Shown piece after piece: positions 1 through 13,002 of a DNA stretch of 64,000 bases. Made by a program: the position numbers and the translations under genes. The DNA lies in the NCBI RefSeq assembly GCF_009914755.1, contig NC_060941.1. One strand, given 5' to 3'. Position 1 is the stretch's first letter. Every line of letters begins with the position of its first letter. A model generated the notes under the pieces. That model searched no databases. It saw only the letters and a program-made list of their open reading frames with translations, and was not told the origin of the DNA. Origin of the DNA: the human T2T-CHM13v2.0 reference genome, Homo sapiens.

Positions 1-19
1 TTACCATTAATTTAGTTAC

Positions 20-200
20 TGATTCTGTGTGTAAGGAATTCGGACCAAAGATGGTGGGAAAGTTGTTTTCTTCCCAACTGGCAGTTGTTGGAAGAACTGA
101 AAAGCTGGGAGCTGGAGTCATCTGAACGATTTTTTACTCATGTGTCTAGAGGTTGATGCTGGGAAGACCCTAACCGTTGGAAGTTGGAGCAACTGATGCA
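20..200 (-). mobile_element. Old MLT1-type MaLR LTR fragment
   Basis: 'gctggagtcatctgaacgattttttactcatgtgtctagaggttgatgctgg' resembles MLT1 and the MLT1 copy at 54.6-55.2 kb. Confidence 0.45.
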
Positions 201-1242
201 TCTAAATTCATAAAATTAAGTCTGAAAAAGTTAATGTTCAGGAGTCTTACTTTGAACTTCAGAATATGTGCCTGCCTTAGAAGACCAGGCTATTCTGGGT
301 TTCATGTAAAACAGAAGTGGAAGATAAATCTAAGGGAAAAATTATTGCTACACAAATAGTAAGGCAGCTGAACCAACTGGTCAGGGAAGCTGTTAAATGA
401 CAATCAGCCGTTATTCAGCTGAGATTCAGCTGAGCTCTAAGGGGAATAATATACAGGTAACAAATCTAATCCTTGTTTTCTAAAATGTTTATGGATAAGT
501 TGATTCTTCTAGAGGCTTCTAAAGAGAAAACTTGAAGAAAAGTCATTTTGCTACTGTACATAGTACACTCACTCACAAATAATACATTTTCTTTGGGGAA
601 GCTGGTGAAAAATTCTGGACATGAGCTTATATTCCTACCTTGTAACTTTGATAAAGAAAACTGGAAATTGCAAAGAGAATCTATTTTAGAATTTTATACA
701 GGAGAGTTAGAGAAAAAAGAAATGGGGGAAATTCAAGAGAACAAAGGAAAAACAAAAGAGAGAAGACTACAGAGATGGTGAAAAAATAATAAGAGAAAGA
801 ATAAACATTTAATTTTAATTTAGAGAGAGACTGCTGATTTTTAAAAATATCACGCATTTGACAGCTAACAATATGACTATATGTTTAATTTTATTACCTA
901 GTTAAAAAAAGAAAAAATATTGTTAACATATTCAAGTTTCTTAATAGTATGAAGATAAAATAAAGCAAAGTTTTTATTTTCAAGTTTTTATTCTTCTGGT
1001 AAGTGAGTTTCACAAAACTAATACTGAAATTTGCTCAGCTAATTCTCCAGAATAAATGTACAGACACTTTATTTGTTGATGTTATCTTTAAATTATTTGA
1101 AATAAAGTGTGAAGTCAATAATCAGAATTTTTATAGTCTACTTTAGCTAGCTAATTAATTAGCAAATGCAGTATATGATATTCCTAAATTTGAGGCTAGT
1201 TATAGCTACCACAGAATTTCGTTCTCTTTATTATTCAGTTTT

Positions 1243-1420
1243 TAATTCATGCATTCATTTATTCTATAAATATTTTTACCAGGTGCCAGGCACTGTTCTA
1301 AGGAAGGAACATAAAGGAAACAAAAAATTAAAAAAAAATAGTAAAGTTGTATTTACTATTAGTAAATCTAGTCAATAAAAATAGAAATTTCTGACTTCAT
1401 GCATTTCACATTTTAGTATG
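1243..1420 (-). mobile_element. L2 LINE 3' end fragment
   Basis: 'ttcatgcattcatttattc...gtgccaggcactgttctaagg' is the antisense L2 tail motif. Confidence 0.55.
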
Positions 1421-1842
1421 ATGTAACTAATTTTCATTAGAACTCTAAGGAGTTGCTTTGGTTTAAGGTTTAAAAAACAAATTTAAGTCAATACTCCTAA
1501 CACTAAAACTGTAAACTATAGAGTATCGACTAATATTTGAGTTAGTCCCTCCAATTTAGAAACACCACTTGTTTCCAGTCATGAGTTGATATCACCCCTT
1601 CTGTTAGTTTCCACCTAATATTATGTAGGTTAGTTTGTAAGACTTGTTTAAACACAAGTGTTTATAACACTTGGAGTATTTAGGAGTTTTTTATATTTTC
1701 TAAAAATGTTTCACTTGATTTGAATTAATAGCCATGCTTTCTTTCCCCTTATGGATTCAGCACTTTGTTGTTTGGAAGCAAATGGGCTTTGAATAATTGC
1801 CAATAAGAAAAGGGCTTGCTATATTCCAGAAATTGGTAATGT

Positions 1843-2237
1843 TATGACTCCAAAAGCACAGGCAACAAAAGCAAAATTAGACAATGAATTATATCAAACT
1901 AGAAAGCTTTTGTACCGTAAAGGAAATAATAGTGTGAAGAGGCAACATATAGATTGGAGAAAATATTTGCAAAACATACACCAGAAAAGGAGCTAATATC
2001 TAAAATATACAAGAGTCACATACTACTCAATAAGAAGAAAACAAGTAATCCTATTTAAAAAATGGACAAAGTACTTGAATAGACATTTCTCAGAAGAACA
2101 CATATGACCAATAGATATATGAAAAAAATGCTCAACATCTCTAATAATTAGAGAAATGCAAATTAAAATCACAATGAGATATCACCTTACACTTGTTAGA
2201 TTGGCTATTATCCAAAAGATGAAAGATAAGTATTGGT
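1843..2237 (+). mobile_element. L1M(A)-type LINE-1 fragment, 3' part of ORF2
   Basis: 'aaagcacaggcaacaaaagcaaaattagac...gaatagacatttctc...gaaatgcaaattaaaatcacaatgagatatcacc' canonical L1 ORF2 C-terminal region. Confidence 0.9.
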
Positions 2238-4388
2238 TATTGTATCTTACATAAATGTTGCCCAGTCTCAGATAAAATTTTCACCTGCCTTGTCTTCTCA
2301 TTTGCATGTCTCTAGTTTAGGTGAATTTTGATAGCAATGTTGTGAGCAGGATTCAGGCTGGTAGTGGAGGGACTATTTTTTTTTTTTAAGAAGCAGAATG
2401 AAAGGGAAATAATTGCATCTCAGAGAAGCTTCTCAGTTAAAGCCAGCACCAGTGCTCTACATTTGGTACATTTAAAAGATAGCAGGGCTGGATCATTCTA
2501 GCTTTCACTAAATTATTTTCTTAAATCACAAAGTAACAGAAGAAACTCGTTCTCAATTTTTCTTTATGTTCTTGAAGTTTGACACTTTTCTCTATTTCTG
2601 CCTCTGAAACTATACTTTCTCCTATGAGAATCATAGCTTGCCTTCCTCAGGCAGTTTAGAGTTTCTCAAGATGTTTTAGGATCTTACAGCTTTCATGGTA
2701 ATGGTTTTTGATTAAGCCATTTGACTAGTATATAGTTTGGAAATAAACGGGAAACATGGCTCAGCAAATGCTCCTTTCCCCGCTACATTTTTTTCTTGCT
2801 GCTTCTCCCCTATATTGAGAAAATTTGATTTCAAGAATCTAACAGAGATGCCTGGATTGTTTCTTTTCCTCTGTTCAATTCTTCACTTCCACAGAGTGCA
2901 AATATTTCTATTATTTTTATTCTCAAGACTTCCAGGCTTTCTCTGTTAAAATTGTGCTGCATCTAGTATTTCATCTCTAACTCACTCCTGGACATTTCTA
3001 TTTGGATGTTCTTTAATTATATCATATTGTACATGTTAATATCCATGCTTAGCATTAACAGGGTGAAAGTAGCCTCCCCTTCCAACTTTACTATTTCTGT
3101 TAATGATACCGTTTTTCCCAGGTAACATGGTAATTATTATTATCTATATATGTAGCCACCACATTCTGTTAACTTAAAAAAATTCCCATTCATCTTTTAT
3201 ATTTCCACTACTGTGGGAAAATGCCTTATTACCTCAGTGAAACTGCTGGCATAGTTTCCTACTTGGATTCTCTGAACCTACCTTTGTTTAAACTTAACTT
3301 TCATATTGTCACTCATTTGTTCAAAAATACTTACTGGATTCCTATTACCAGCCACCCTGAGAATCAATTTGTCTGCTTGACTTGGCATATCTTTAGAATT
3401 CTAGCCACATGATATTGTTCAACTTGCTGCAAAATTTTCTCTCCAGTCAGAAACCTAGTTGCAGTTTACTTCCTCATACTGCATGGTTGCTTCTAACTCT
3501 CCGTCATCTTTCGTGTTGCTTGTATCTCTTCTACTACCATCTACTCTCCTCTACCTAACCAAATTTTGTTCATTGTTGATAAGCATAGAGGAATAATTAA
3601 AAGTTAGAATTAAAATTTAGATAGACATTAAACATGAGACATATAAGCCTTGTAAGTGTTCAATGTCTTGCTCAAATCAAAGTTACCCTTTGAAGAAATG
3701 GAAGAAATAAAACCAGAACCAAAGTTCCCTTTTGTGTAAGTTTCATAGATTACAATGTCCTGCCCAAGCAAATGCTTCCAAATTTCTCATGTTTCACTTG
3801 CCTGTTTCAACCTTCTATTTTCTTAAAGACTTTAGAAGCTTAGAGTCATCTAGTAGACAAATAATTTATGTTATAGCACGTATCCAAACTGCTATAATTA
3901 TCATTATTATGAATAATTCAAGTTTAGGTTTACTTGTTGGAAGTTTTATATGTTTTGTTGAAATCCTCTAAGAGAAACTGGAATCCTCTGGCTCTTATCT
4001 TGCCATCAGTAGCTGCACAGTACAAATCCATTGTCTCATCAAGACCTCAACCCTTCACACATATGTATAAAATAATTGTTTCCTCTTTGTGAATCTCTTA
4101 TCACTTTTTGCATGGATTCTCATACGATCTATTACGTATATGAGCCAGGACATTTTAAAATGCCAGCTATATTAACCCATTTTAAATAGCTTAAGAATAA
4201 AGATCATCCAACCGTTACCAATTGGAGGATATTACCTCTCAGAATTGGAAACAATTAGGTATTCCTATCCTAGTAAAACATCATGAAGTGGACCCTGAAA
4301 AAAATGAAAAGATCAAGATTTGTATCAATTATGCAAAGATAAATAACCTCTTTTTTTGATATCACCATCAATATCAAGTAAGTCCTTT

Positions 4389-5762
4389 TGTGTCCAGAAT
4401 TGGTGGGTTCTTGGTCTCACTGACTTCAAGAATGAAGCCACGGACCCTCGCGGTGAGCGTTACAATTCTTAAAGGTGGCGTGTCGAGAGTTTGTTCCTTC
4501 TGATGATCGGATGTGTCCGGAGTTTCTTCCTTCTGGTGGGGTTCGTGGTCTCGCTGGCTCAGGAGTGAAGCTGCGGACCTTCGCGGTGAGTGTTTCAGCT
4601 CTTAAGGCGGCACATCTGGAGTTGTTCGTTCCTCCTGGTGGGTTCATGGTCTCGCTGGCTTCAGGAGTGAAGCTGCAGACCTTCCCCAGTGAGTGTTAAC
4701 AGTTCATACAGGCAGTGTGGACCCAAAGAGTGAGCAGCAGCAAGAGTCATTGCAACGAGCAAAAGAACAAAGCTTCCACAGTGTGGAAGGGGACCCCAGC
4801 GGGTTGCCACTGCTGGCTGGGGCAGCCTGCTTTTATTCTCTTATCTGGCCCCACTCACATCCTGCTGATGGGCCCATTTTACAGAGAGCCAAGTGGTCTG
4901 TTTTGACAGGGTGCAGATTTGTGCATTTACGATCCCTGACCTAGACACAAAGGTTCTCCATGTCCCCGCTAGATTAGCTGGATACAGAGTGTTGATTGGT
5001 GCATTCACAAACCCTGAGCTAGACACGGTGCTGATTGGTGTGTTTACAAACCTTGAGCTAGATACAGAGTGCCAATTGGTGTATTTACAACCCCTTAGCT
5101 AGACATAAAGGTTCTCCAAGTCCTCACCATTCAGGAGCCCAGCTGGCTTCACCCAGTGGATGCCGCACCAGGGCCGCAGGTGGAGCTGCCTGCCAGTCCC
5201 GCGCTGTGCGGCTGCACTCCTCAGCCCTTGGGTGGTCGATGGGACTGGGCGCTGTGGAGCAGGGGGCGGCGCTTGTCAGGGAGGCTCCGGCGCACAGGAG
5301 CCCACGGGGGTCGGGGGAAGGCTCAGGCATGGCGGGCTGCAGGTCCCAAGCCTTGCCCCGCCGAGAGGCAGCTAAGGCCCTGCGAGAAATCGAGCGCAGC
5401 GCTGGTGGGCCGGCACCGCTGGGGGACCCAGCACACCCTCCGCAGCCGCTGGCCTGGGTGCTTAGCCCCTCAATGTCGGGGGCCGCTCCGAGTGCAGGGC
5501 CCGCCGAGCCCACACCCACCTGGAACTCGTGCTGGCCCACAACCACCGCAGGCAGCACTGGTTCCCGCCCGCGCCTCTCCTTCCACACCTCCCCGCAAGC
5601 TGAGGGAGCCGGCTCCAGCCTTGGCCAGCCCAGGAAGGCGCTCCCACAGTGCAGCGGCGGGCTGAAGGGCTCCTCAAGGGCCGCCAAAGTGGGAGCCCAG
5701 GCAGAAGAGGCGCCGAGAGCGAGCAAGGGCTGTGAGGGCTGCCAGCAAGCTGTCACTTCTCG
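4389..5762 (-). mobile_element. Solo LTR12C (ERV9 LTR)
   Basis: Ends 'tgtgtccagaattggtggg' and 'gccagcaagctgtcacttctcg' match the LTR12C termini; 4-bp TSD CTTT at 4385-4388 and 5763-5766; U5 subrepeats, 40-bp CCAAT repeats, CpG-rich U3. Confidence 0.95.
4800..5110 (-). promoter_or_regulatory. LTR12C promoter/enhancer module (AATAAAA TATA-like box, NF-Y CCAAT boxes)
   Basis: Minus-strand AATAAAA at 4831-4837; ATTGG at 4995-4999, 5034-5038 and 5075-5079 in ~40-bp repeats. Activity cannot be shown from sequence. Confidence 0.55.
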
Positions 5763-6059
5763 CTTTCAATTAAGGAAAAAAAAGTGCTGAACTTGTGCCG
5801 GTTCAAGCTAGTTCAAGGCAAGTGAGCTTCTTTTCCATACCCCTTCTTATTCCTACCTTGTTTTCTCAAAATTCATCATGAAAGGATATAGGGAATGAGA
5901 TCTTCCATGAAGAGCAGAACACGAGGTATATAAACAACTTATATTCCATATGCATGTTTTAAAACTATTCCCTCCTCTTATAGCTCTGTTATACAGACCT
6001 CTAGTTTTGACTCTTTTCTTCTTAGACAAAGATGCCTAGAACTACAATGAGCTTATTGC

Positions 6060-6560
6060 TTTCAATAATAAAGACCCCACATTCTTATTTCTACAGGCTA
6101 AAATTGTGTTAAATTTTTGAGGTGCCACATCATATTATCAACTTGTATTAAACTTATGGTTGCCTAAAAGTCCTGAATCTTTTCCACATACACTAATGTT
6201 GAGTATCATTTTCTTTTGAGCTTGATTAGAGCCCATTATTCAATACCATATATTATTATTTTTATCGTAACCCTTTCTTTTTTCATGTCAACATTCTCAT
6301 TCAGCTTTTGAGTATATTAAAATCTTAAATATCCATATGTTCTAGTTGTTTATCCAGGTTATTGGTAAACTTGTTGGAATTTGAGAGGATCAAGGGAAAA
6401 CCTCTGAAACACTGTTTTGAGTATCAATTTCCTTTTGCCTTTTAACTTTCAGTAAATTATTTTCACTGGGCACAAAAACACCTAACTGAACCATTAGCCA
6501 CCCTTTCATTATTTATTACAAGGATTTCTTTTCAAATTTCAAAGATGCTGTGTCTCTTTT
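6060..6560 (-). mobile_element. Ancient L3/CR1-like LINE fragment
   Basis: 'gtgccacatcatattatcaacttgtattaaacttatggttgcctaaaagtcctgaatcttttccacat' resembles antisense L3; highly diverged. Confidence 0.4.
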
Positions 6561-7050
6561 ACTAGTATTTGTCAATTTACTAAATAATTTGAAAGAGAAA
6601 TAAGTAATTATGGCAAAGCTTCATTTGGTAAACCAGCTCATAGTGGTGTTGGTTGATCAGTGCACCACACTGCACAGATTCTACTTTGTGATCTGATACG
6701 GGCTTTTGCTGTGATTCAGTGTTTGTCAATATTTACTGAACGTTGTTTTCTTCTTTTGGTTTGTATGTTATGAAATCTGCCTTGGCTTTTTTTCTGTCAA
6801 TTCTCTGCGAGTCTTCTCAGTCAAAGCACTTGAATTTTAAATGTGGTCTAAATCCGATGATAGGAATCTACACTATTCATGATCAAGCACATTCAAAGAC
6901 TGGGCAATAACTCATGAATTAGTGTCACATCAGATTTTCTCCTGTGGCACTCTGACGACTTTTGCCCCTCAGATATATAATAATGGCTTATAATATGTCT
7001 CTAATCATGCATTTGCCTTGCCAACCGCTTTAGTTCCAATATCTAAGTTG

Positions 7051-7070
7051 TGTATCTGTGTATATATATA

Positions 7071-7103
<33 letters not shown>

Positions 7104-7106
7104 GAG
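7051..7106. repeat. Compound (TA)n(TG)n(GA)n microsatellite
   Basis: Seen directly. Confidence 0.95.
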
Positions 7107-8324
7107 TATAATAAGTATAATTCCTTACCTTGGTAATCTACTTATAATAAGTGACACATTCCTCTTAGTTGGATATGATGTCTTAATCTCCTGAGTCTTT
7201 CGGGGGCTAAAATACTGCCTGAGTCACAATCCGATGACAAGAGCCTCATTTCCTGTGGATTAACTTTTCTGAGCCTTTCTACCTTCCAGCTGCCTGTCTC
7301 CCTGATTCCAGGCTTATCTATCCTAGAAGTCCTCATTATCATGCTCCCTGCACTTGCTGATTATGCCCCCTGACCTTCCCATATATCTCCTGCCTGGTTA
7401 CACTGCCGTCTCTCACTTATCATCGTCATTGCCAGACGCCAAGTTTTGGTTCATTGGCTGGATGGGGGAGACCTGTCTTAGGAATTCAGGCTCCTTTGCT
7501 GATACTCTGTCACTGGCTTTGCTGCTGCTAGATTTCTTGGTTATTTGGAACATCCCAAGTCCAGTTAGGCCTGATGAGTCTTTGCTTGCCACAATCTCCT
7601 CACCAACACAAATAACCTATTACTGACAGCTAATTTCTTTGCTCCCGTATCTGGTTGCCAGTCTTCTTTCCTATTGAGTCTTTCTAGTTTCGACATCCCA
7701 GCACTTTGACTAATACCAAGCCAGTTATTATATCATCTCCCACATAGTGCTAAGAATTAAGTAGAGGGTCCATATATATAAATTGCTCTGTAAGATTCCT
7801 CTCATCTGCTATATTTGTGAAATCTCCCACCTCTGTTATCATAAAGGAGTTATTTTCATCTTTTTCATAGTCCACAGGGCAAGTCTGTTTTTTACCTGTT
7901 TGTCTCTTTTACTGGACTATGTGTTTTTCTGGGACAGAAGCCACATGGTTGTTTAGTCACATAAACATTTTTTCAGCATTTAATATTTGCCAGGCACCAT
8001 GTTTGGCAGCACAGGTAAAGAAAAATATATACAAACATACACAATTGTGTGGTTTTAGTAACTCTGGGTCACTGGATTTTATTGCTAGTATAAGTAGTTT
8101 AGTTTAAGTATTCCACAAAAGTTTTCTGAATGAATGAATGTGTTTGCTAAATAATTGAAAATAGATTTTTAAATCTAGTTCCTGAAAAAATTATGTGCTC
8201 TAGTGCATGCTCCCTAAGAAGTAAATGACACTTACTGAGCAAAAATAAAAACGTAAAATAACCGTTGAAGTTGTATTAGATGCTAGACCTCAGAGGTTTA
8301 CCATAAATAAGATAAAGCTGTATG

Positions 8325-8653
8325 CCAAAGGCTAGCGTCTTTTTTCTATAAAAGACCAGATAATAAATGTTTTCAGATTTGTGGTCCATACAGTTCTGCC
8401 ACATCTACTCAACTCTAGTATGGTAGCTCAAAAACAGCCACAGATACCTAAATAAATGGGGATAACTCTGTTCCAATACAATTTTATTTATGGATTCTGA
8501 AATTGGAATATATAAAATGTTAATGTGTCATGAAATATGATTGTGTTTCTTAATTTTTTCTGAATTATTTAGAAGTCGTTTATGGTTTGTAAGACTTACA
8601 GAACGAGGTAATGAGTAAAATTTAGCCAGTGGGCCCCCATCTACTGACCCTCG
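8325..8653. mobile_element. MER58B-like hAT-Charlie DNA transposon
   Basis: 'ttttctataaaagaccagataataaatgttttcag...ctactcaactct...ctgttccaatacaattttattt', ~330 bp. Confidence 0.75.
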
Positions 8654-8780
8654 ATCTAAGCTTTTCTTCTTTTTTTTTTTTTTCAAGAACCCTCATTTTA
8701 AGATTAAACTTCAGTTTCTTGATATAAACTTTTAAAATTTTTGTAAACAAAAATAGATTAGGTCCAGTTTTAGATGTTCA

Positions 8781-9206
<426 letters not shown>

Positions 9207-9618
9207 TTATAGTGGCTTATTCTCTAGATTATTTTCAGTCTTCAGATTTAGCAATTCCCTTCATGGAATTTTGGTAGAGAGGAATTAATAAGTTTCAATA
9301 AAATTATCTTTTTGTGAGTAGGTTTAAAATAACTCTTGAGTATTGCTTGCATTAAAAGCAAATAAACAACAACTTATCCTTGTTAAAATCATACATAACA
9401 GTAGAGTTGAGGCAGGGATGTTTGATCTTGGAAGCCTGGATAAGCCTTTGCCTTAATTTTGTCTAATCTATGCTAGCATTATAACACTGTTATTTTTCAG
9501 CCTGTATTTCTGCCTGTTGGTCAGTTGAACCAATTGAACCATGTTTGTGTCTGAAAGTTAAACAGAATGACTCCAGTCCCAATATCCTCTTCAGAGATGT
9601 CCTCTTTTCATTATTTCT

Positions 9619-9747
9619 ACTAATTTCATCTCCAGATTGATTGCAAACAGTAGGTTTCTAAGGTTTCTAAGAAAGAGTAGGTTTCTAAGAAACAGTAGGT
9701 TTCTAAGACTAAATTCATCTCCAGGTTGATTTTAAACAGTAGGTTTC
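9619..9747. repeat. Local ~40-bp duplication with internal 18-bp tandem units (AAACAGTAGGTTTCTAAG)
   Basis: Seen directly. Confidence 0.85.
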
Positions 9748-9955
9748 CTGCAAATGATTTTAAAGGCCATACAATTCTGAGAAGCAGCTGGTGTCTAGAT
9801 CATTTATTTTTCTCCCTCTTTGTCCGTGAATCTCTCTCCTTTCTCTATTGATCATGAAGGTTTTCTCTTCAAGTAACTTCTAGAATTCTCTCTCTTTCCA
9901 ATAAGAAGGTGAGGAAGTGATATTAAAAAGAAAAGACTGTTACTGAACCAAATGA

Positions 9956-10166
9956 AAGGCTATATAAACATTTCATGTAAAGGGTCAGAGAAAAAATATT
10001 TTAGGCTAGGTAGGCATATGGTGTCTGTTGCAGCTACTCAACTGCATTATAGAATGAAAGAAGCTGTAGACAATTAAAAAAAAAATGAGCTGTGTGTGTC
10101 CCAATATATTTATAAAACAAGGCATCAGGAAGGATTTGACCAGTAGGGAATAATTTGCCCACCCTG
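9956..10166. mobile_element. MER58A hAT-Charlie MITE
   Basis: 'tgtaaagggtcagagaaaaaatattttaggct...tctgttgcagctactcaactg...tttgcccaccctg'. Confidence 0.75.
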
Positions 10167-10964
10167 AACTAAAGTGTACGTTGTATTAGTTGTGCCTATT
10201 GAGTAATTAATATTATTTATTCTTAAAGTAGAAATATGATATTTTGTGTCTTAAGACAAAACAAAAACAAAGCATATTAAATTATAATTATAGACTATTT
10301 GCAATGGGGAAAAAGTCTTTCAAAAATTACATACATATTAACATATACAGTTTATATATTTATATTAATAATAATATAAAGGTTTAATATAACCTTTGTA
10401 TTAAATTAGAAAATGTTCCTTTAAGCACCTGCATCTCACACTTGGTTTACAAAACCTGTTTAAGCAGCAGATATTTCTGTACATGTTTCTTTGCAGAAGA
10501 GTTAGGAATAAACTGTGGCTTTAACCATTTGCATGAGCTGAACACAGGATGAATCTCAGTATCTCATTTGCAATATTCACGGACTTGTTTGCTTTGTCTG
10601 GTGCCATAGAGTTTATACCTTGTCACACACTGGCTGAATCATAGTGTATCGTCCGTCTTTCCAGACTCTATTTCTGAGTTGATAAAGTCTGAGGTTCAAT
10701 GGCAGATTTACACATGCTGTTTGCCCACCTGGTCCCTATTCAAAACCACTACTTCCTCACAGTGAACACTTGATAGCGATGTCTATATTCATTCTCTTCT
10801 GGACAGATCCCTTGACGCTATCTTTCTAATGTCTATAAATGATTCTTTGGTATAATGGCAGTGGAAACGTAAAGCAATTTTTATGTAGTAATTAGCTGCT
10901 TTGCAATCCAAAGAAGTTCTATATAACGTGAATACTATGTATGTCTCTAGCCTAGGCTAGTACA

Positions 10965-11135
10965 GATATTTGTTGAGTCCCTACTATATATCAATTTCTA
11001 TATCTAGATTTTCCATGTATTTTCATTTAATCATCACAAACAACCTGTGTGATGTTAAACCCAACTAAAAGTGAAAAATAGAATTATAGAGAATGTAATA
11101 AAGTTTCCCAAGGTTTCACGTGTAGCAAATGGGCA
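10965..11135 (-). mobile_element. MIR SINE fragment
   Basis: 'catttaatcatcacaaacaacctgtg...tttcccaaggtttcac' antisense MIR core. Confidence 0.6.
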
Positions 11136-11142
11136 ACACTAT

Positions 11143-11375
11143 ATCATAGTGGTGATAAGCCCAATTTCTATAGTAGACTGAGAAACACTAGAATCCTAGT
11201 GCTAACTGCACTGTTACTAGGTGGTGTGACCTTGGCAAGTTATTTACCTCTCAAAGCCTGATTCTTCAGGTCAAAAGCAGAGGGATGTTGATTTGTAAAC
11301 CAGATGAGATGTTGCATGTAAAACACTTAAGGTTTCTAGCTCTAGACAATATACTCAATACATGTTGTTGGCTCT
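11143..11375 (+). mobile_element. MIR SINE
   Basis: 'gtgtgaccttggcaagttatttacctctc...gagatgttgcatgtaaaacactta' MIR core. Confidence 0.7.
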
Positions 11376-11524
11376 TATCAAAATCACAGATCCAAAATGA
11401 GAATCCTCTTTCTCATGGCTTGATAGGCTGATCTTTCAACGACACAAAGGTTAGTACTCTTTCCATTCACATTCACACAATCTGTGTATCATAATTGAAA
11501 CGAAACCTGAGAAATCCTTTAGGT

Positions 11525-11880
11525 TAGGGTCCAATTTCAAATTCTGGTAGGGTCAGGCAGATAGCATAATTGGCTTAAGTTGGGTGGGAGTAGAAAGTGC
11601 ATTGCATATGTTTTGTGAGTGATGGAAACTGGAGTGCAGACTCCCTGTCTTAGAAAAGGAAGCAGCTACTTAGTTCCAACAAATTGTTGGTTAATAGAAA
11701 TGCAGACCTGAATTTGTTAGTTCATTCCATTTTTTCAAGACCAGGCAGATATTCACATTTTCATGTGAAATGTGCCAATTTTAAGTTGCTTGCTTTTAAA
11801 ACTTTAAAAACAGATAGACATAACAAACATATATCCCAACTGGATTTGGTGCTTGGACCATTCACCTGTGATCTTTGCTA
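11525..11880. mobile_element. MER102-like hAT-Charlie element
   Basis: 'ttttttcaagaccaggcagatattcacattttcatgtgaaatgtgccaattttaagttg' resembles MER102. Confidence 0.55.
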
Positions 11881-12383
11881 GATTAACCTTGATGTTTGAC
11901 CAATGACAAAACACATTAAGAGAGGTAGGTGACTTGTCAATATCACATTGGATATCAGTTGAACCCCAGGGTCAGCCAGTGAGGAATATGGTGGAATTAG
12001 GACTAAAAGCCAGGCCTCTTTTTACTCCCACACACTATTACTATTAATACTTTTATATTTGAACAATTTCATTTAGATAATTCCATCCCAGATCACTCCA
12101 AAGGCTCTTTAACTGGAAGATGTTTCTTTCTAATATTAGTGTAAAGGAGTATTCTAGAAATAACTGCTAGTTTTTCCAGGTTTGATTGTTTTACCCTAGA
12201 ATTTCCACATAAAATATTACAAGAATTTATGACTTTAATGTCAATATCTTTCTTTATAAATTTAGAAATTCCATGTTTCTACAAAATAAATCATGACTTT
12301 TTTTCTATTCAAAAGATAGTTTCAAGTGAAATAATGAGGATTATACTTTCAATATTGCCATAACATTGCAATTCTCTAAAATG

Positions 12384-12540
12384 AGAGCATTAGGATAAAT
12401 ACCTAATGCATGCAGAGCTTAAAATCTAGATGACGGGTTGATAGGTGGAGCAAAACGTCATGGCGCATGTATACCTACGTAACAAACCTGCACGTTCTGC
12501 ACATGTATCCCAGAACTTAAAGTCAAATTTAAAAAAAAAA
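12384..12540 (+). mobile_element. 5'-truncated L1PA 3' end
   Basis: 'atgtatacctacgtaacaaacctgcacgttctgcacatgtatcccagaacttaaag' plus A tail; short TSD aaaatg. Confidence 0.92.
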
Positions 12541-12609
12541 TGCCTGCGTTGAATTGAACATTTGTTTAAAAGAAGGGGAAATGCAATATACAGGTAAGTA
12601 TGAGGCTCA

Positions 12610-12850
12610 CATGACAACCCCAGTCAGGCACGTTGCTAAGCACTTTATAAGCGCTGTCATATATTATTCTCTTAAAAGATCTATGGAGGTCTCTTTTATT
12701 ATTTTAACAGTTCTTTTAATAATTATCTAGATTCATAATTATGTATAAGGAATTAAGTCTATGCAGTCATGCCACCTGGCAAATATTCCACAGTTAATAA
12801 GTAATGCAGACAAAAGTAAAACTCAAGTGTATTGGTTATTAAGCCTTGAA
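12610..12850 (-). mobile_element. MIR fragment
   Basis: 'caggcacgttgctaagcacttta...ccacagttaataagtaatgcagac'. Confidence 0.5.
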
Positions 12851-13002
12851 GTAATAAACTTGTTCAGAAAAATTTTTGGAACTCTGGAGGAAGCCACATC
12901 ATGATATAAACTTAAGATAATGAAACATCTCTAACAGGCCTGCCCAAAAGATTATGTCATATAAACATAATACCTTTGTTAATACGTCTGTTAAGAACAT
13001 TT

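Noticed and set aside
4975-5110. Regularly spaced ~40-bp repeats as a CRISPR-like array
   Set aside because: These are the known LTR12 enhancer tandem units, with no unique spacers, in primate DNA without cas genes
5124-5790. Longest ORFs (210, 194 and 169 aa) as protein-coding genes
   Set aside because: They overlap on both strands within the GC-rich LTR12C U3, where stop codons are rare; Ala/Pro/Gly-rich with no recognisable domain
7150-7700. GC-richer unassigned block (also ~19950-20330) as a possible exon or old LTR
   Set aside because: No family, splice architecture or protein similarity that I can support by eye; needs a Dfam search and RNA-seq
9645-9747. 18-bp repeats as a CRISPR or iteron array
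   Set aside because: Units are adjacent with no spacers; simple slippage explains them
10372-10403. 13-bp imperfect inverted repeat as a terminator or structured RNA
   Set aside because: Very AT-rich context and one mismatch; plausible by chance
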